Assembly (NCBI RefSeq): GCF_006345805.1
Contig: NC_043012.1
Span: forward strand, 21,824,001-21,888,000
Direction of reading: 5' to 3'
DNA from: Octopus sinensis
Lineage: Eukaryota
DNA: 64,000 bases
Shown: piece by piece, positions 28,391-42,500 of the stretch
How positions within the stretch are numbered: position 1 is the stretch's first letter
How the letters are laid out: each line of letters begins with the position of its first letter
Made by a program: the position numbers and the translations under genes
The notes under the pieces: generated by a model
Databases searched by the model: none
Seen by the model: only the letters and a program-made list of their open reading frames with translations
What the model was told of the DNA's origin: nothing

Positions 28391-28699
28391 TTAATAAAGA
28401 TACCTTTTTCACAAAATGAACAGATAACAAAGTTATCGCAATCAGCCGTTTAGGTAGATAAATTCAAAAAATTGTCAGGAAACAATTTTCACGACTGAAT
28501 TTACGACAATTGTTATTTGCAAATTGCTTTGTTAATGTCATTTTCTCTAGAATGTGTGATCAAAGTTGTTTTGGTATACTGTAATTTCACGACTATTATT
28601 CTTCGCACTTTGCTATTGCTGGTTGCAAATCAATTTGTTAACATATTCTTCTGGAAGCAGCCAGATATCACAATATATTATTTCCCACTTTTCTTTACA

Positions 28700-28935
28700 A
28701 AATATTCTCAAAGGTCACCGTTTTAACACTGTTGTCAAGATCCAGAGTGGATCACAGAAGGTTCTTGACACGTGGAAAAAGACTTCCAGGCCGGATTCTA
28801 AAAGTGGCAGAAATGCTGGGACCGGTGTATTGTTGTGCAAGGTGACTATTTCGAAGGAGATGAGGTTAAAACTTATGTAAATAAGTTAGGTTTTGTCAAA
28901 CATAACTAATCTGGTAACCTTTTGATACCATCTTG
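28700..28935 (+). mobile_element. Mariner transposon 3' end fragment
   Basis: LKGHRF...KWQKCWDRCIVVQGDYFEGDEVKT, the same C-terminus as the 60920-61734 element; right TIR ttttgataccatcttg followed by TA (28936-28937). Confidence 0.75.
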
Positions 28936-29522
28936 TAAATAAAGTTAGAAATTACCTGTCCTTCTCCAACGAGCAACTTACTCCGTGCTACTTTACTGTT
29001 TAGGAGAATGACTTTATTTTGGTATTTTTAAGGCAGAATGTGGATTATTGTTTCTAAATTGGCATGTTTACATTTTCTTTTTTCCTGTAATCACTTATGT
29101 CAAGAAATGTGTGTTACAAGGGAAGGATGAATGTGTTTTGTAACATAATTGTTTGAAAAATGTACTTATGAAATCATGTCTATAGAAGTACCCATCAAAC
29201 TCTTGTATTGGCTATATATGTGTGGACATGAAGTAGCTTTGATGTACTCATGTTAGTTTCATATCAGACATGCAAAATACACTATATCATTAATTTCTGG
29301 TTAGAATGAGAAATGGTAAAATTTTATATCAGACTTACTACACCATTAAGTAAATTGTTAAAAAGAAATCTGTTGTAAAAGCTGTGTCTGAAGTATGAGT
29401 TTAATGTAGTTTAATGATTCACCATAATCACTTGTGAAGCCAAATCAATTTATGGTTCATAGAGCTCACATACATAGAAATATACTGATTACATAGAGAT
29501 TACATAGAATATATATAATAGA

Positions 29523-29765
29523 CTAGCAGAGATACCCGGCGTTGCCCATTTTACATGCAATTGAAGAATTAGACTTTTCTGTTATATTTTTTGTAATGAA
29601 CTGGAATATCTATGTTTCGAATTTCATCAAAATTGCAGATGAGGGTTATTTCCCTCTTTACACACCATAAAAAAATTGTAATCGTGCCACATGTATCCAT
29701 ACTACTAATTTTTATGCGCATATTCCAAAATTCCAGTCTTATTGAACCTGTTAAAAAGACAGTCC

Positions 29766-29820
<55 letters not shown>

Positions 29821-30246
29821 TGTAAATTTAAATTTAAAATAATAAGGGTGAAAAATTGAATATTAATTTGATTAATATAAATTGAAAACCAGTGGTGTAG
29901 TATATAAGACTATAGCGGATCATCTTCTAGCAAAATGGATGTCCACTGTTAATGGTTCATCCTTGTTATATAATAGTTTCAGTATTAAAGTGAAAGCATG
30001 TGACATTACAATAGAGAGATATTTTTGTTTCACTTTTAACACGTAATACTGAAATAGTGGAGAAGATATGATATTGCTGTGGGCTCGCCCTAGACAAGAA
30101 GTTAGAATATTTTTTTTTGTCCATGACACTACATGGACCCTAAGTAAGGTATGTGTAAAATTTGAATGAAATTGGTTGTGTAGTTCTCAAGTTTTAGGGA
30201 TTCACACAGACAGATAGACACACATTCTCAGTTTTATATATATAGA
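29523..30246 (-). mobile_element. Non-autonomous Helitron
   Basis: Minus strand reads A|TCTATATATATAAAA ... GGCAACGCC hairpin ... CTAG|T: canonical 5' TC, 3' CTAG, A-T insertion site and no TSD. Internal (TA)n(CA)n at 29768-29820. Confidence 0.8.
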
Positions 30247-32644
30247 TTACATAAATAGAGATTACATAGAAATATACTCTGGATAAGATGTTAGCCTTTA
30301 GCACATTTCTAACACTGAGACTATTCCAGCAAGAAGGCTTGAAGTATGATCAAACTAACTCTGCTACCCATATAACATATTCAAGTAGATCAGCATATTA
30401 TACCCAGTTTAGGCACCACTCATCTTTGATTCCTGAAAGCTGGAAAGCTAAGTGGACAACTTCAGTGGAAGTTTAATTACAAATCCTGTTTTGAACTCGT
30501 GTGTCAGGTACTAATTCTGATGCTGTTGCTCTTGTGCCAACTTGATGTCTTCTCAGTGGCTGTGTGTGTGTGTGACAAGAAGTACAATTTAAGTTCTAAA
30601 AGAAGTGTCTGTAGACCAGCACATATTTAGAATCTAGTAAAAGGGTCACCATGAGTTTAATACTTTATTTAATTTAGTGACTATTTTGTATCTGTATTCC
30701 TCGGACATCTGCTGAAATATTCTTTTTGCAGTATAGAAAGTTGATGTAAATGTAGCAACTGGTGATAACCTCTAACGATCAGCTTTGAATCTGTTCTTGT
30801 TAATATTAATTTAACCATCCACCTCTGTTAATAGATTTATATGAAACTATATAGTGTTGATCAATTGTATAAAATTGCCAGAGGCAATACCTTGGATCTA
30901 TTATAAACTGGCTAATATTCTATGGGAGACAACTCCAACTGGAATGTTTAGTGATAATATGAATCACTTTATTTTCACTTAAATAGGCTCCGTGTTAAAA
31001 GAACAAACTTGGTTTAACAATCTGTATCGATCTTTTTAGTGTTCTGTATCAAATGTTAAGCAATCAGGCTGCAGACGACAGTTGTACTTTTTAATTTAAA
31101 AAAAGAGAATAATACACATTGTTTGTAATTGTGAGAAATGTAAGAGTGTGCTAAATTGAGTGGAATACCAAACGTTTTGATTTCCTGCTTGATTTTTCAT
31201 AATAAGCAGTATCCTTTACTGGCTTAGTTATCCTTATTGGCTTATTTATTTTGGTAGAAGGAATCAATGAAGGTTTGTTAGGTTTTTACTTTCCCCAAAG
31301 TTAGTGATATATAATTGATGTAAATGGTTCAAGTTGAAGCACAATCATTCATTCACTCTTAGACTTTGCTGCCACTTTTTCTCCGAGTTGTTTATATTTA
31401 ACAAAAGTAAAATATAAAAAAAAAGTAAAACCATCATAATAAAAAAAAAATATATATTTTTCGAAAATTAGATTCACAAGAGAAATAGAAAATGGAAGCT
31501 GTTGCTTATATTCAAAATTAAAATTAGAATTTTTGTATTTTGATAAAGTTATTACATCGGTATAAGGCTACATATTTGAAGAAGGTGGGGGGAATAAAAT
31601 TGATTGATTTTTAATCATCACATGCATCAACTTTGTAGAGAGGGAAGGCAAAATCAACCCCATTTGGATTTGAACTTTGAGCATAGAGGGTTGAAAGTAT
31701 GGACTGCCAAACAGTTTGCTTCTCTGCCATTTATGGTACTCTACATACAATATTATTGTAATGCACCCGAGAACAGTATATGCAATAAACTCATTATTAT
31801 ACTTCTAATTAGTAAAAGGACTAAAATCTATAATTCATTGAGATACATGTGTGTGTATATTAACTGTTTCCAAAAATAATCATATGAGTGCAACCATGAC
31901 CATGTAATTAAGAAGTTTATTTCTCAACCACATGATTTTTGGTTTTGTCTTCCCATTATATGATGCTGAGCAATTGTCTTCAACTATAGACTTAAGTTGA
32001 CCAAAAACCTCGTAAGTAAAATTGGGTGACAGAAACTGTTGAAGCTTGTGTGTGAGAGAGAGAGAGAATATTAGCACAAGATGACAAAATGAGTGTATGC
32101 AGTATTTAGTTCTAATTGAATGTTGTTCCTCTCACCTTTCATTTCTTACAAGATCAATAAATAAGCACCTAAGAAAGTACCAGTGCTCACTAAATCCTAA
32201 TAACTTAAAACCACTCTTATTACAATAATCACAGCTTCTTTCAAATTACTAATGGTTTACCATCTCCACCCACACTTTTTCTTCACATTCACCTGTCCAT
32301 CATATCCTGGGGCCAGGGTTGATTAATTTTTAAAATCTAACCTACTTACTGCTGTTATGTTACATTGTAACTCTCACTCTGACTGTCATTTCCTTCTCAA
32401 CCTCTGTCTTTTTTATGTCTGCTTTTCCATGATGCTATGAATTGTGAGTTGAACAGATTCTTACCATTTGTTGGAGTTCTTCATGATTTCCTTTGTCAAG
32501 TTCAACATTGCTGAGATTACTTTTTCATTACTTCTACCTATACATTTCCTAGTTTTATCCTACAGTTTCCTTCCACTCGTATCTCTCGGTACGTTTTTTT
32601 TACCTGTGTGCTAACCATATGCAATACATGTCTGTCCCTATACT

Positions 32645-32874
32645 TATTTCTTTATTACCCACAAGGGGCTAAACACAGAGGGGACAAACTAGGACAGACA
32701 TAGGTATTAAGTCGATTACATCAACTCCAGTGCGTAACTGGTACTTAATTTATCGACCCCGAAAGGATGAAAGGCAAAGTCGACCTCGGCGAAATTTGAA
32801 CTCACAACGTAACGACAGACGAAATACGGCTACGCATTTCGCCCGGTGTGCTAACGTTTCTGCCAGCTCGCTGT
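32645..32874 (-). mobile_element. SINE related to family B with a different 3' end
   Basis: Same head and central domain as the cluster copies; 3' end gtttagccccttgtgggtaataaagaaata; candidate TSD cctatact at 32637-32644 and 32875-32882. Confidence 0.85.
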
Positions 32875-33539
32875 CCTATACTGTCTTCTTCTTATACACT
32901 ACAATGAATTCTTATATCTAGTTTATGTTGCAGCTTATCCGTACCACATCATTCATACACACTAACATTATATACCCACTAGAGCAAGTTCACTTCATTT
33001 CTCACTAACTTTTGTACATTCTCTGCATTTATTGTCCATGCCTCACAACTGTGCAGCACTGCACTTCATAAACACTTACCTTACAATACAATCTATCTTT
33101 CACTCACAGAGAGACACTTTGAACTTTGTCTTACTCTGACCCTATTCTGGCTTCTGTGCTTTCAGAGCACCTTCTCTCCACTACTACTAATTAGGTAATA
33201 GAAGTTATCAACTACTCTAGAGATTTCTTAGCATTGAAAGGAATTTATTTTACTAGTAAATATTAATTCTATGAATATAAGCTGGTTATTCTTATCGCTA
33301 ATTTGGTGGTGGAAGGGTGGTGTTACTTGATAAATCTATCTGTTTTGTCCTTCCTCTCTAGATAACAATAATAAAAGATAAAGTTGCAATTCAGTTGGTT
33401 TCGTATGTAATATGCACTCACTCACCTGTGCATTCTCTCTCTCTCACCTTTTTCTCATTCTGTTCACTTTTACCTCTTTATTACTGTTTCATTTCTTTGT
33501 ATGGCAATATTCTATATTTTTTCTTTTCTTTTATATTAG

Positions 33540-33608
33540 CCATTTTTGTATCCGTCTGATACCATGCCTGGTGAATGTGAAATTCCACAAGAACGGAATG
33601 AATAAAAG
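33540..33608 (+). other. Candidate 5'-UTR exon containing a 13-codon uORF
   Basis: Long pyrimidine tract plus TAG acceptor, AAG|GTAATT donor; accATG at 33564 gives MPGECEIPQERNE*. Confidence 0.35.
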
Positions 33609-34267
33609 GTAATTATATATCTGTATTTGTAAGATGTCTTCCTACTTAGAAAAGTATACATTGATCGGATTATTAACTTTATTGCTTGTCATTCTATCTA
33701 TACTGTTTAGATAGAAAAGTATTTTCTGATTATCTATATGAGTCATGTTTCTACATATATTCATATTGACAGGCTTGGATTGGATTTAATTTTTTTTAAA
33801 TCATTGTAATACAAAGTTGCAGTACCCTTAGCTACAATGTAATGAAATCCTGAAATAAATTTAAAGAAGGGCATTTTAAGAATTGAATTTTTCAGAAATG
33901 TTTTAGTAAAACTTGTATTAGATTAATCATTACTACTATTTGATAATCCAATCCCTGCAAATATTCAGAGAAAGAATCTTCATCAAGATTAACAGTGAAG
34001 TGTGTGTGGCTATAAAGTGATTCTTATTGCTATGATTCCAAAGAATGTCAGAGGGATAAGGTAGAAAAGCTATAACAATGAGGAAGAGTGAGATATCAAA
34101 GGAGAACAAAGGAAGGAATGAGTGCAAAAATGCTTTTGGCTCTGAGACCATTTGATATCAGAGAACTTATCCAAATTTGATGCAGTTGGCTATGGTCAAG
34201 GGTACTAACTGATCTGAAAGCAGAAGTATCAAATATGACTAAGGCAAAGAGTTATTATTTTTATTCC

Positions 34268-34755
34268 ATAGTTCTGTCTGTATGGATGAGGACAGTTGTG
34301 TAAAGAAGTGTCGAGCTTTAATTGTGGAAGGTACCTGTGGAAGGGGTAGACCTAGGAAGACGTGGGACGAAGTGGTGAGAAAGATCTTCAGATGCTGGGC
34401 CTCACTGAGGAAATGATGAGGGATCTGGAGATGGGGCAATTTGCTTTGCTTGATAAAACGTGTCAAGCTAAGAAAAATTGCTGTCTTCTACACATACAAG
34501 CTTGTTCTTTTAGGTGCCTGTGCTGTGTGAATGCACCCATGGTGGTGCTGCATAAACACATGTGCTGGTGGCACGTAAAGCACTCAGTACACTCAGTTAA
34601 GCGGTTGGTATTAGGAGGGCTGGATACCCTCCTAATATCCAGCCATAGAAACCATGCCACAACAGACAGTTGGAGTCTGGACAGCTTGCTGCTAGCCAGT
34701 TCCATGTCAAACTATGCAACCCATGCCAGCATGGAGAGTGGACGTTAAATGAGGA
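34268..34755 (+). mobile_element. RTE LINE 3' end (ORF C-terminus, 3'UTR, GAT tail)
   Basis: MDEDSCVKKCRALIVEGTCGRGRPRKTWDEVV, the RTE C-terminal GRGRPRKTW motif. Confidence 0.85.
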
Positions 34756-35218
34756 TGAGTGCCTTATTTGAATATCCTTACCAAAACCTTGTAAGTGGAT
34801 TCCGTTGATAGAAATTGAAAGAAACCCATTGTATGTATGTACGTATGTGTGTGTTTGTGTTTGTGTCTTCTTGCGTTGGTATTGAGTGAATGTTGTAAAT
34901 GAATGTCATTCATATCCAATATTCTGCAAAAACACAACTGGCCATGGGGAACAGATGGGTGTTGGTGATAAGCAAGGTATGTAGTCTTAAAAATCTGCCT
35001 CAGTCAACTCCGTCTGATCCATGTAAGCATGGAAGCGGAGGTGTTGAAATGATGATATTTTTACTAATTAAATGACTGTTTGACAGACATGATGCATTGA
35101 GTGAGTCATTAGGAATATAAGATACAATCTAACCTGCACAAACTACTGCTCAGTCAGCTGCTTGATAGATTACAGGTATTCAAGAACAAGCTAATATATC
35201 TGTATTATTCTGAAATAT

Positions 35219-35563
35219 GAATGAATGAATGACCCCCTTCGGTCAGACAATGACCATGGGTTTGCACCTAGAGAGTTACCCTCTGAGGCACAAGTCTGGG
35301 CAAGGTTGTTTTTATGGAAGACCAGCAGTCGCCCATGCATACCGGTCTCCCCTCTCCACGTCACCGATGTTGTCCAAGGGAAAGGCAAAGGGGCCGATAC
35401 AGCTTGGCACCTGTGACGTCGCAACTCGTTTCTACAGCTGAGTGAACTGGAGCAACGTGAAATAAAGTGTCTTGCTCAAGAACACAACACGCAGCCCGGT
35501 CCGGGATTTGAGCTCACAACCTCACGATCGTAAGCTCAACGCTCTAACCACTGAGCCACGCGC
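35219..35563 (-). mobile_element. Young tRNA-derived SINE family D with 12-bp TSD and (ATTC)n tail
   Basis: attctgaaatat at 35207-35218 and 35564-35575; tRNA-like head; gttcttgagcaagacact central motif. Confidence 0.9.
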
Positions 35564-36769
35564 ATTCTGAAATATATGATGTTCTAAATCTGTTAGGAAA
35601 ACATTTCACAACAACATGGCTTGAAAACATGGGTCGTATTCATGTGTTGGACACTTGAAAGTCATATCTTGGAACTTGTTTCACTGTGTTGCTGTCTTCT
35701 ATAATTTGTCTTTCATCAAGTTGGTATCTCCCCTTTAACAAGAATATCTTTACTTTGTAAAAGTAGTAAAGATAACCTGAGTTTTTCAAACTTTGTAGCT
35801 ACTCCAATGGTGACTTAGCTGCTGGATATGATGCAATTACTTCAGCATTAAAAGACCCAATCATTTAACAAGTGTTAGGAGTTCAGCAGTTTTGTGGTAC
35901 TTTCTACCACAAAGAAATGGCCTATGTTTTTTTTTCCCCTTGTCTGTTGAGATTCAGATATGCTTTTATGGTATTTATAACATCTCTCTCTATTCTGTTT
36001 TGTAACTTGCAAAAATGGCCATATCTTCTAAAAGCATTATTAGTTTTTTTGTTTCAGGAGAGGCTGGTGAGAAAGAGTGAGAGATTGGAAGAAGTTGTAT
36101 GAGTTTTTATCTTCTCTATTAAATAACATTAGCCATCAAATGGACAATCTTAGTGTAATGTGTTTCCACCGAATAAAACTACTGTAATTGTTTAATTAGT
36201 TTCAGAGTTGACCTAAGGCAGTTATATAGCAAGGTAGAGAGAGAGAGGTCTGCCTAAAGCAATACTTTTATGGGGGTGGCTTTTTTCAGTCTGCTGCATA
36301 AGCATGTTTAGACTTAGGATAAAGGTGGGTTGGCGGGGGGCATCTCAAGGGCTAAGGGTTGTTCCCAGGCAGCTCATTTTTGAGTCACACCTCTGACCTG
36401 GGGGTTAAACAATAACAAGACCAATAACTTCTGCAATTAAAATGTGCTACCTGATTCCTACACTGAGAATTGGGTGTAAAAAGTACTTTAAGCATTGAAC
36501 GAGATTCAAATTCCCACTTTGCAATGAAGTGTTTGGTCCTAGGAACTGAACTTATGAAGCAGTTTCTTTAATAATGCATTCATATTTTGCCAGCAGAGGA
36601 AAAAAAAAAGAAGAAGAAGCTTTAAGTTGTATTTGTCTTGTGTTTTTTTTTTTAAGTTGAATGTTGTTTCTGGCACTTTGAAATTATTTCATTGTTGTTG
36701 TTTTTAAAAATTGTTAAGCAGAGGAAAAAACCTCAGATTATAGGTTACCAACTCTTTAAAACTGAAAGG

Positions 36770-37140
36770 CTTCATTTCTTTTTTTCATTTACTTGTCTCA
36801 GTCGTTGGACTGCAGCCATGCTGGAGCACCACCTTCAGAGGGAGAGTTAAGAAGCAAATAAACTCACAGAACCTATATTTTTAAAATTATGCTACTTTTT
36901 ATATTGGCCTCTTTTGCTGAGTAAACTATGTTATGGAGGCATAAACAAATGAACACTGGTTGTCTAGCAATGATGGGTGATGGGATACTCACACACACAC
37001 ACACAGTTTCTGCTTAGAAAATACACTTACAAAGCATTGGTTGGCTAGGTGGTTTTATAGAAGACACTTGTTCAAGGTGCTCTGCGGTGGGACTGAACCC
37101 AAAACCACATGGTGGCTGAGAAAGCTTCTTAACCACACTG
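36770..37140 (-). mobile_element. SINE family A, diverged copy
   Basis: tttcagtc..gactgcagccatgctggagcacc and gaagacacttg..caagg...gtgggactgaaccc modules. Confidence 0.7.
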
Positions 37141-37589
37141 CCATAATCATTATTTTTCAGTGACCTCTCATAAGATTCTATTCTGTTGATAGCATCTACT
37201 TCAGTTTTCTGTTTAATAAAAAGCATTGTTTATCAGAGCAAATTTTCCCTCAACTAAATAACTTCTAAATGCTGTACAAAGTCTGAGTGTATTAATTTTA
37301 GTATTCCCAAAGCTCTGAAAATTGAAATGCAGAGATTGTAATTTAGAAACAAAACAAACTCTACTTGATTTCTTGTTGCTGTTTAGCTTCAGAAGAGCTC
37401 TGATTGATCAGACTTATGTTCAAAAATATTCCAACAGCGACCATCCTTTTTTTTTTTTTTTTTCTTTCAGGCTTAGTGTATCTACGAATACATTATATTG
37501 TGCTTTTCTCTTTTCAAGATAATAGGGAGATATTTGCTTGCTAGTTTAAGCAGATCAAGCAACTATAGCAATGCCAAGATATTGAATAT

Positions 37590-37915
37590 TAATAGATATT
37601 TCCCCATAAGTGTCTTCTTCTACAGCCCTGGGCCTACCAGTGCCTTGTGAGGGAAGTTGCTCTATAGAAACTGGGCAGAAACTCGTGTGTGTGCATGCAC
37701 GTGCATGTATGTGCATATTTATGTTTGTCCTCCACCACTTGACAACAGTTTGTTTACATCCCTGTAGCTTAGCAATTTGGCAAAAAGACCCATACAAAAA
37801 GTAGCAGACTTGAAAAAAATAGGCACTGGGGTTGATTTATTTGACTACACCCTTCAAGGCATTGCCCCCAGCATGACTGCAGTCCAATAATTGCAACAAG
37901 TAAAAGATAAAAGTT
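37590..37915 (+). mobile_element. SINE family A, diverged partial copy
   Basis: Same modules in + orientation, ending gcaacaagtaaaagataaaag. Confidence 0.65.

Positions 37916-37985
<70 letters not shown>
37916..37985. repeat. (CA)n(CT)n microsatellite
   Basis: Direct observation. Confidence 0.95.
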
Positions 37986-37988
<3 letters not shown>

Positions 37989-38688
37989 GAATTGTGCTGA
38001 GTTAGTTGATGCGTGCCTCTGAAATCTACCTGTCTAATAGTAATGCATTGATAATGATGTGAAGTGAGTTGCTATATACTGAAATGTGATAAAAATATAA
38101 TATAGCACCTGAAAGATTTTTTGTGTGAGTGTGTGTTGTAATGGTTTATATCTTAAAGACTAAAATGATTTAAGAAACAGTTTTGGGAAGGATGTGGACC
38201 TATGAATCAATAATATATTATGACTTCAATTCACAAAATATAACAAGCTCTGTAAATCTGTTAGCAAGTTAGTTAAAAGTTTGCATTGATATTAACAAGG
38301 ATACATTCAAAGCTGATATGAAAGCATTACTGCTTGTTGCTACTTTTGATATCATTTGATCAAGATTGTACAACAAAAGAATAAAGGATTTACTATTTGA
38401 TGCTCCAGCATGATCTTTGCAGTGATGGTTAAAAACAAACTAAAGAACTAAAGATATGCTATTGTTTATGGTGCTTTTACTTTACGATATTTCATAAAAA
38501 CATCTTGTCTTCCAAACTATGTAAGAAAGCTGTTACTTTAAATAAGAACTGATTCAGACTGTCAACCTGTCCAAGCCATGCCAGCATGAACAGGTGTAAA
38601 ACGATATTGACGATATAATGATAGTGATACAGCATTAGTTTATTGGTTATTTTTCTTTTCTTTTGCTTCTCAACTTTATTTATTTCAG

Positions 38689-38890
38689 AGGAGAACCTAT
38701 TAGAAATGTCTAATGATTGGGCATAAAGAAGGTCCCATCATACTGATTTGCAAAAGAGAAAGAATGGCATTGTTTATGCTTTTCTCAAGGCTATTGTTGG
38801 TGTGTGAGAAGTTGAATAGCTCCAAGTGGCTATCACAACTGTCATGAAATCTCCTTCCAAGATTTCTTCTACGGAGCACTTTATGACTGA
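38689..38890 (+). other. Candidate 5'-UTR exon with uORF start
   Basis: Strong pyrimidine tract plus tttCAG acceptor; TGA|GTAATT donor; ATG at 38844 open to the donor (MKSPSKISSTEHFMT). Confidence 0.3.
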
Positions 38891-39497
38891 GTAATTAATT
38901 GATCATCAAAATAACCCCTTTAATAATATCACAAGTTTCTTTGGTATTTTATCACAACTATACATTATAGCTATTAAAGAGATGTAACATCCTGATATGT
39001 TTTGTATAGTAAACACGAAGATAAAATGTCTCTGTTGGTAAGGTGTTCAACTATCAGTTCATGAGATGTATTGATATTTGTGTAGATGCTGTATCTCAGT
39101 CAGCTGAGTGCTGACCCTGAAGCCATGTGGTCAGGCAGAAAATGTCTGACCACATAGCCATGCCTGTGCCTGTTCTTCATGTTTCATTTAACCTCTTAGA
39201 AGTAGGTACCAGATCTGGTACTGTTAACATCATAACCAGAGTAGGATTCAGCTCATGACTCAACTCTGCTTTTGATAGCATTATCATTGTTTTTTATGTC
39301 CACTTTTCCATGTATGAATTGGACAGAATTTGTTGAGGTTGATTTTCTATGCTCTTCTTATCACCAACCCTTACCTGTCTCCAAGCAAGATAATATTTCC
39401 CCATGACCAGACATGTTTTCATGGAATATTGGAAACGAGACATTCCTTGCATGAAAATGACATTTATTTACAACTATAGCATGATGTCAAGACCAAG

Positions 39498-39510
39498 ACA
39501 CGTGCGCGCG

Positions 39511-39576
<66 letters not shown>

Positions 39577-39583
39577 TGTGTAT
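39498..39583. repeat. Alternating purine-pyrimidine tract, (CG)/(CA)/(TG)
   Basis: 86 bp of uninterrupted alternation including gtgcgcgcgc. Confidence 0.9.
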
Positions 39584-42500
39584 TTACATATGTATATACA
39601 TACATACATATACTGTGGGTTTCTTTCAATTTCTGTCTACCAAATCTGCTCACATGGCTTTGGTTGGCCCTGGGCCCAAGGTGCCACATAGTGGGGCTGA
39701 ACTTGAAGCCATGTAGTTTGGGAAGCAAACTTTTTCACATACAGCCATGCTTGTACCTCTTCATCATTTTTATTATATTGAAAATAAATAATGAATGTTT
39801 TAATTTATCAGTGAATTGAAACATTATATGCTTGGGATTTGCTGTTGTTTCTAGCTACGGCCATCCAGTGTGTCTTGTTTTCAGGCAGTGGGATAGGATT
39901 TAAAGGCTATTTAACTATTACTTCTAGCAGGTCAGGTGACCTTGTATCAGCCCACTTTTTGGTATCATTTGGTGTCACTTAGGATTTATAGTTTTTCTTC
40001 AAATTTTCTTCTTCAGTTTAATATGGAGAATCTTTAAATTTTTGCCTCACAACTTATTTCTTTTTTTAGTGAATAAATGCAGCTTTATTTCTGTCAGTGC
40101 GACAATTTAAAATATTACTTAAAGGAACTAGGTGTTTGATATTGGGGGTTTTTCTTTCATTCAGATTCTTAGATGTTTTTTTCAAAATCCTTTTCAATTC
40201 TGTGAGGTAAGAAAAGATCTCGTTTTAAAATATGCTTTATTTTAGGTAAAGTCAAAAAGAATATTTTAAAGGAATTTTTAAAACAATTCATATACTTGGC
40301 TTTTGTTAAAGTCTTTGAAGAAGATACTTTCCTTTCAGTTCTTTGTAATAAATTGTGAAAAATTAGGTTTTTCTTTCCTATTTCTTCTGCTTTGGCTTCC
40401 AGGCGACCGATGCATATGAAGCAATGTCGTCAGATTACAGCTTGTTTAGTACTGACTAAATGAGTTAACTAACTCCTGTTTCATTTTATCGTGTCTGCAG
40501 TCTACACAGCTAATCAGATGTCTTCCATATGCATGCTTTATTGCTTTTGTTGTGAATATTTGTGTAGTTTTCCTATACAAGGTCATTATATATAGTAGCT
40601 AATGTTACACATACACATAGAAAGCAATCTTACGAGCCAATATTACTGCAACATTTGTATATGTAGTTGCTTTGAGGGTAAATCTCATATCTTCATGTGA
40701 TCGCATGTCTTAATTGCTTCAGGTTGTTCCTTGTTATTTTGTTGCTATTCTGCTCTAGGATAGTATTATGCTACCAGTACCATACTAGTTACCATTTCCC
40801 ACATGACATAGTTCACTTAGTTTTCTGTTTCCTACTGTTTCTTATTTTGAATGCAGCAAATACTAAATAGTGAACATGTCTTTGCTAGTCATGTGTCATA
40901 CAGACACAAGCAAGTCAAATAACTTCAGAGGTAAATGAGTCTATGAATTCACTAAAATACTTATGAACCAAATAAGTACTTTACAATCCATAATGTAAAT
41001 AATTTAGCGATCAGATATAATTGTCCAAGGCATAAAAGGATATATTTCAGTGCACTTTGAACATGCATAATTTTCATGGTAACAGCTTTTCTCAATAAGC
41101 CAAAAGTCATACCAGAAGCTTGACTTTCTCTTCAGGTTCATTATCTGATGTAGTGCAGATGCAAACACAAATATTCTGGACTACATCCAAACAAAAGGAC
41201 AGATGTCTAATAAATTTTTGCTCTTAGTACACTACACTACTATCTCATTACTCATCGCCATGTGATGCCTAAAAAGTTACCAGAAATTCTAATTCCTAAT
41301 ATTTGTAACTAGTATGAAGGTTAGCAGTTTGTTATTTAATTGTAGTTGGGGTGTCTTGTATTTTTCAGATGTTGATGAGATATAAATTCACTTCTGATTG
41401 AGCAAATCAATCTATGATCAAAGGCAGTCTAGCTATGATCATTCATATTTTCTCAGATAGTAAGCTGTAATATGAGTTAGCTGTGGCTGTTGTTTCTAAC
41501 AGATAAACAACCTCTTAGAAGTTCTCTCATTTTCCTTGTTATTTTGCTTGTGAAATTGAAATTAGGTTGTTGTGTTAGTTTTGTTTTCCTTATGATCCTT
41601 TTACATTGACAATATGCATGTCCAATGGTATTTATTGAGGTTGTGTGTGGACAAAGTGTATGGTTTATATGCCGATGGTTAGGGAATTTTGAGAAAGCTG
41701 ATTAATGAAAAAACTTCCTATTCAAGGACATGGTTTTAACATTATAACAGAGACCATACAGATATATAGATAGGTTGAATCTAAAGTGTGAGATGTCTGG
41801 ACTGAAAAGAAGAAAGACAGAATATAGTTTGTATGTTATTGTTATTTAGCCCCAGGTGAATCCTCTTATCTTTGTTCAGCCTTGACCATTCTGTCTGTAT
41901 GCCCAGGACTACTTTATCGGATATATCCTTCCTTTTATAAGATGGTAAGGTTTAATTTGATGGAAAATTGGCTGCTACTTCTAACAGGTGGAGCAACTGC
42001 ATGGAAGCTTCCATTGTTGTTTTGTGGTTTGTGCATTGGTGATGATGATGATGATGGTGAAAGGAAGCAGAGTCCATTATGTTTGTATAGAGAAGGCAAA
42101 AAGTATCTGGCAGATTTATACTTCATCATGTTCTTAAACTAGAGAATTGAGTTAAACAATAGAAGTATCATAAAAACTATTATACTATGGTGCTGAAAAC
42201 TATACTGTTAGCTAACTGATTCTTTCTTCTCTTAAGGCATATCAGACAAATAACATAAAATCCAAAGTAAATTGAATACAAACATTGACATATGTCTTTT
42301 TTTTTTCTGTAAAGCATGTTTATTGCTTGTTGAAGATTATTCATATATTAGGTAATTGATGTCGTTATGTTTCTAAGAATGTGTATCCATTCTGGTCTTT
42401 TATGTTTCATCAATTCACTGTCTTTGGTCTATTATTCTATCTACATGCTTCAGGCTTTTATTTCTCCCAATGAATAGCATAAATGTGATATTACAATACT

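Noticed and set aside
40165-40460. Exon-like 42-nt segment (40165-40206) and acceptor at 40401-40402
   Set aside because: The first is T-rich and intron-like in composition, the second has no donor; neither has homology support.
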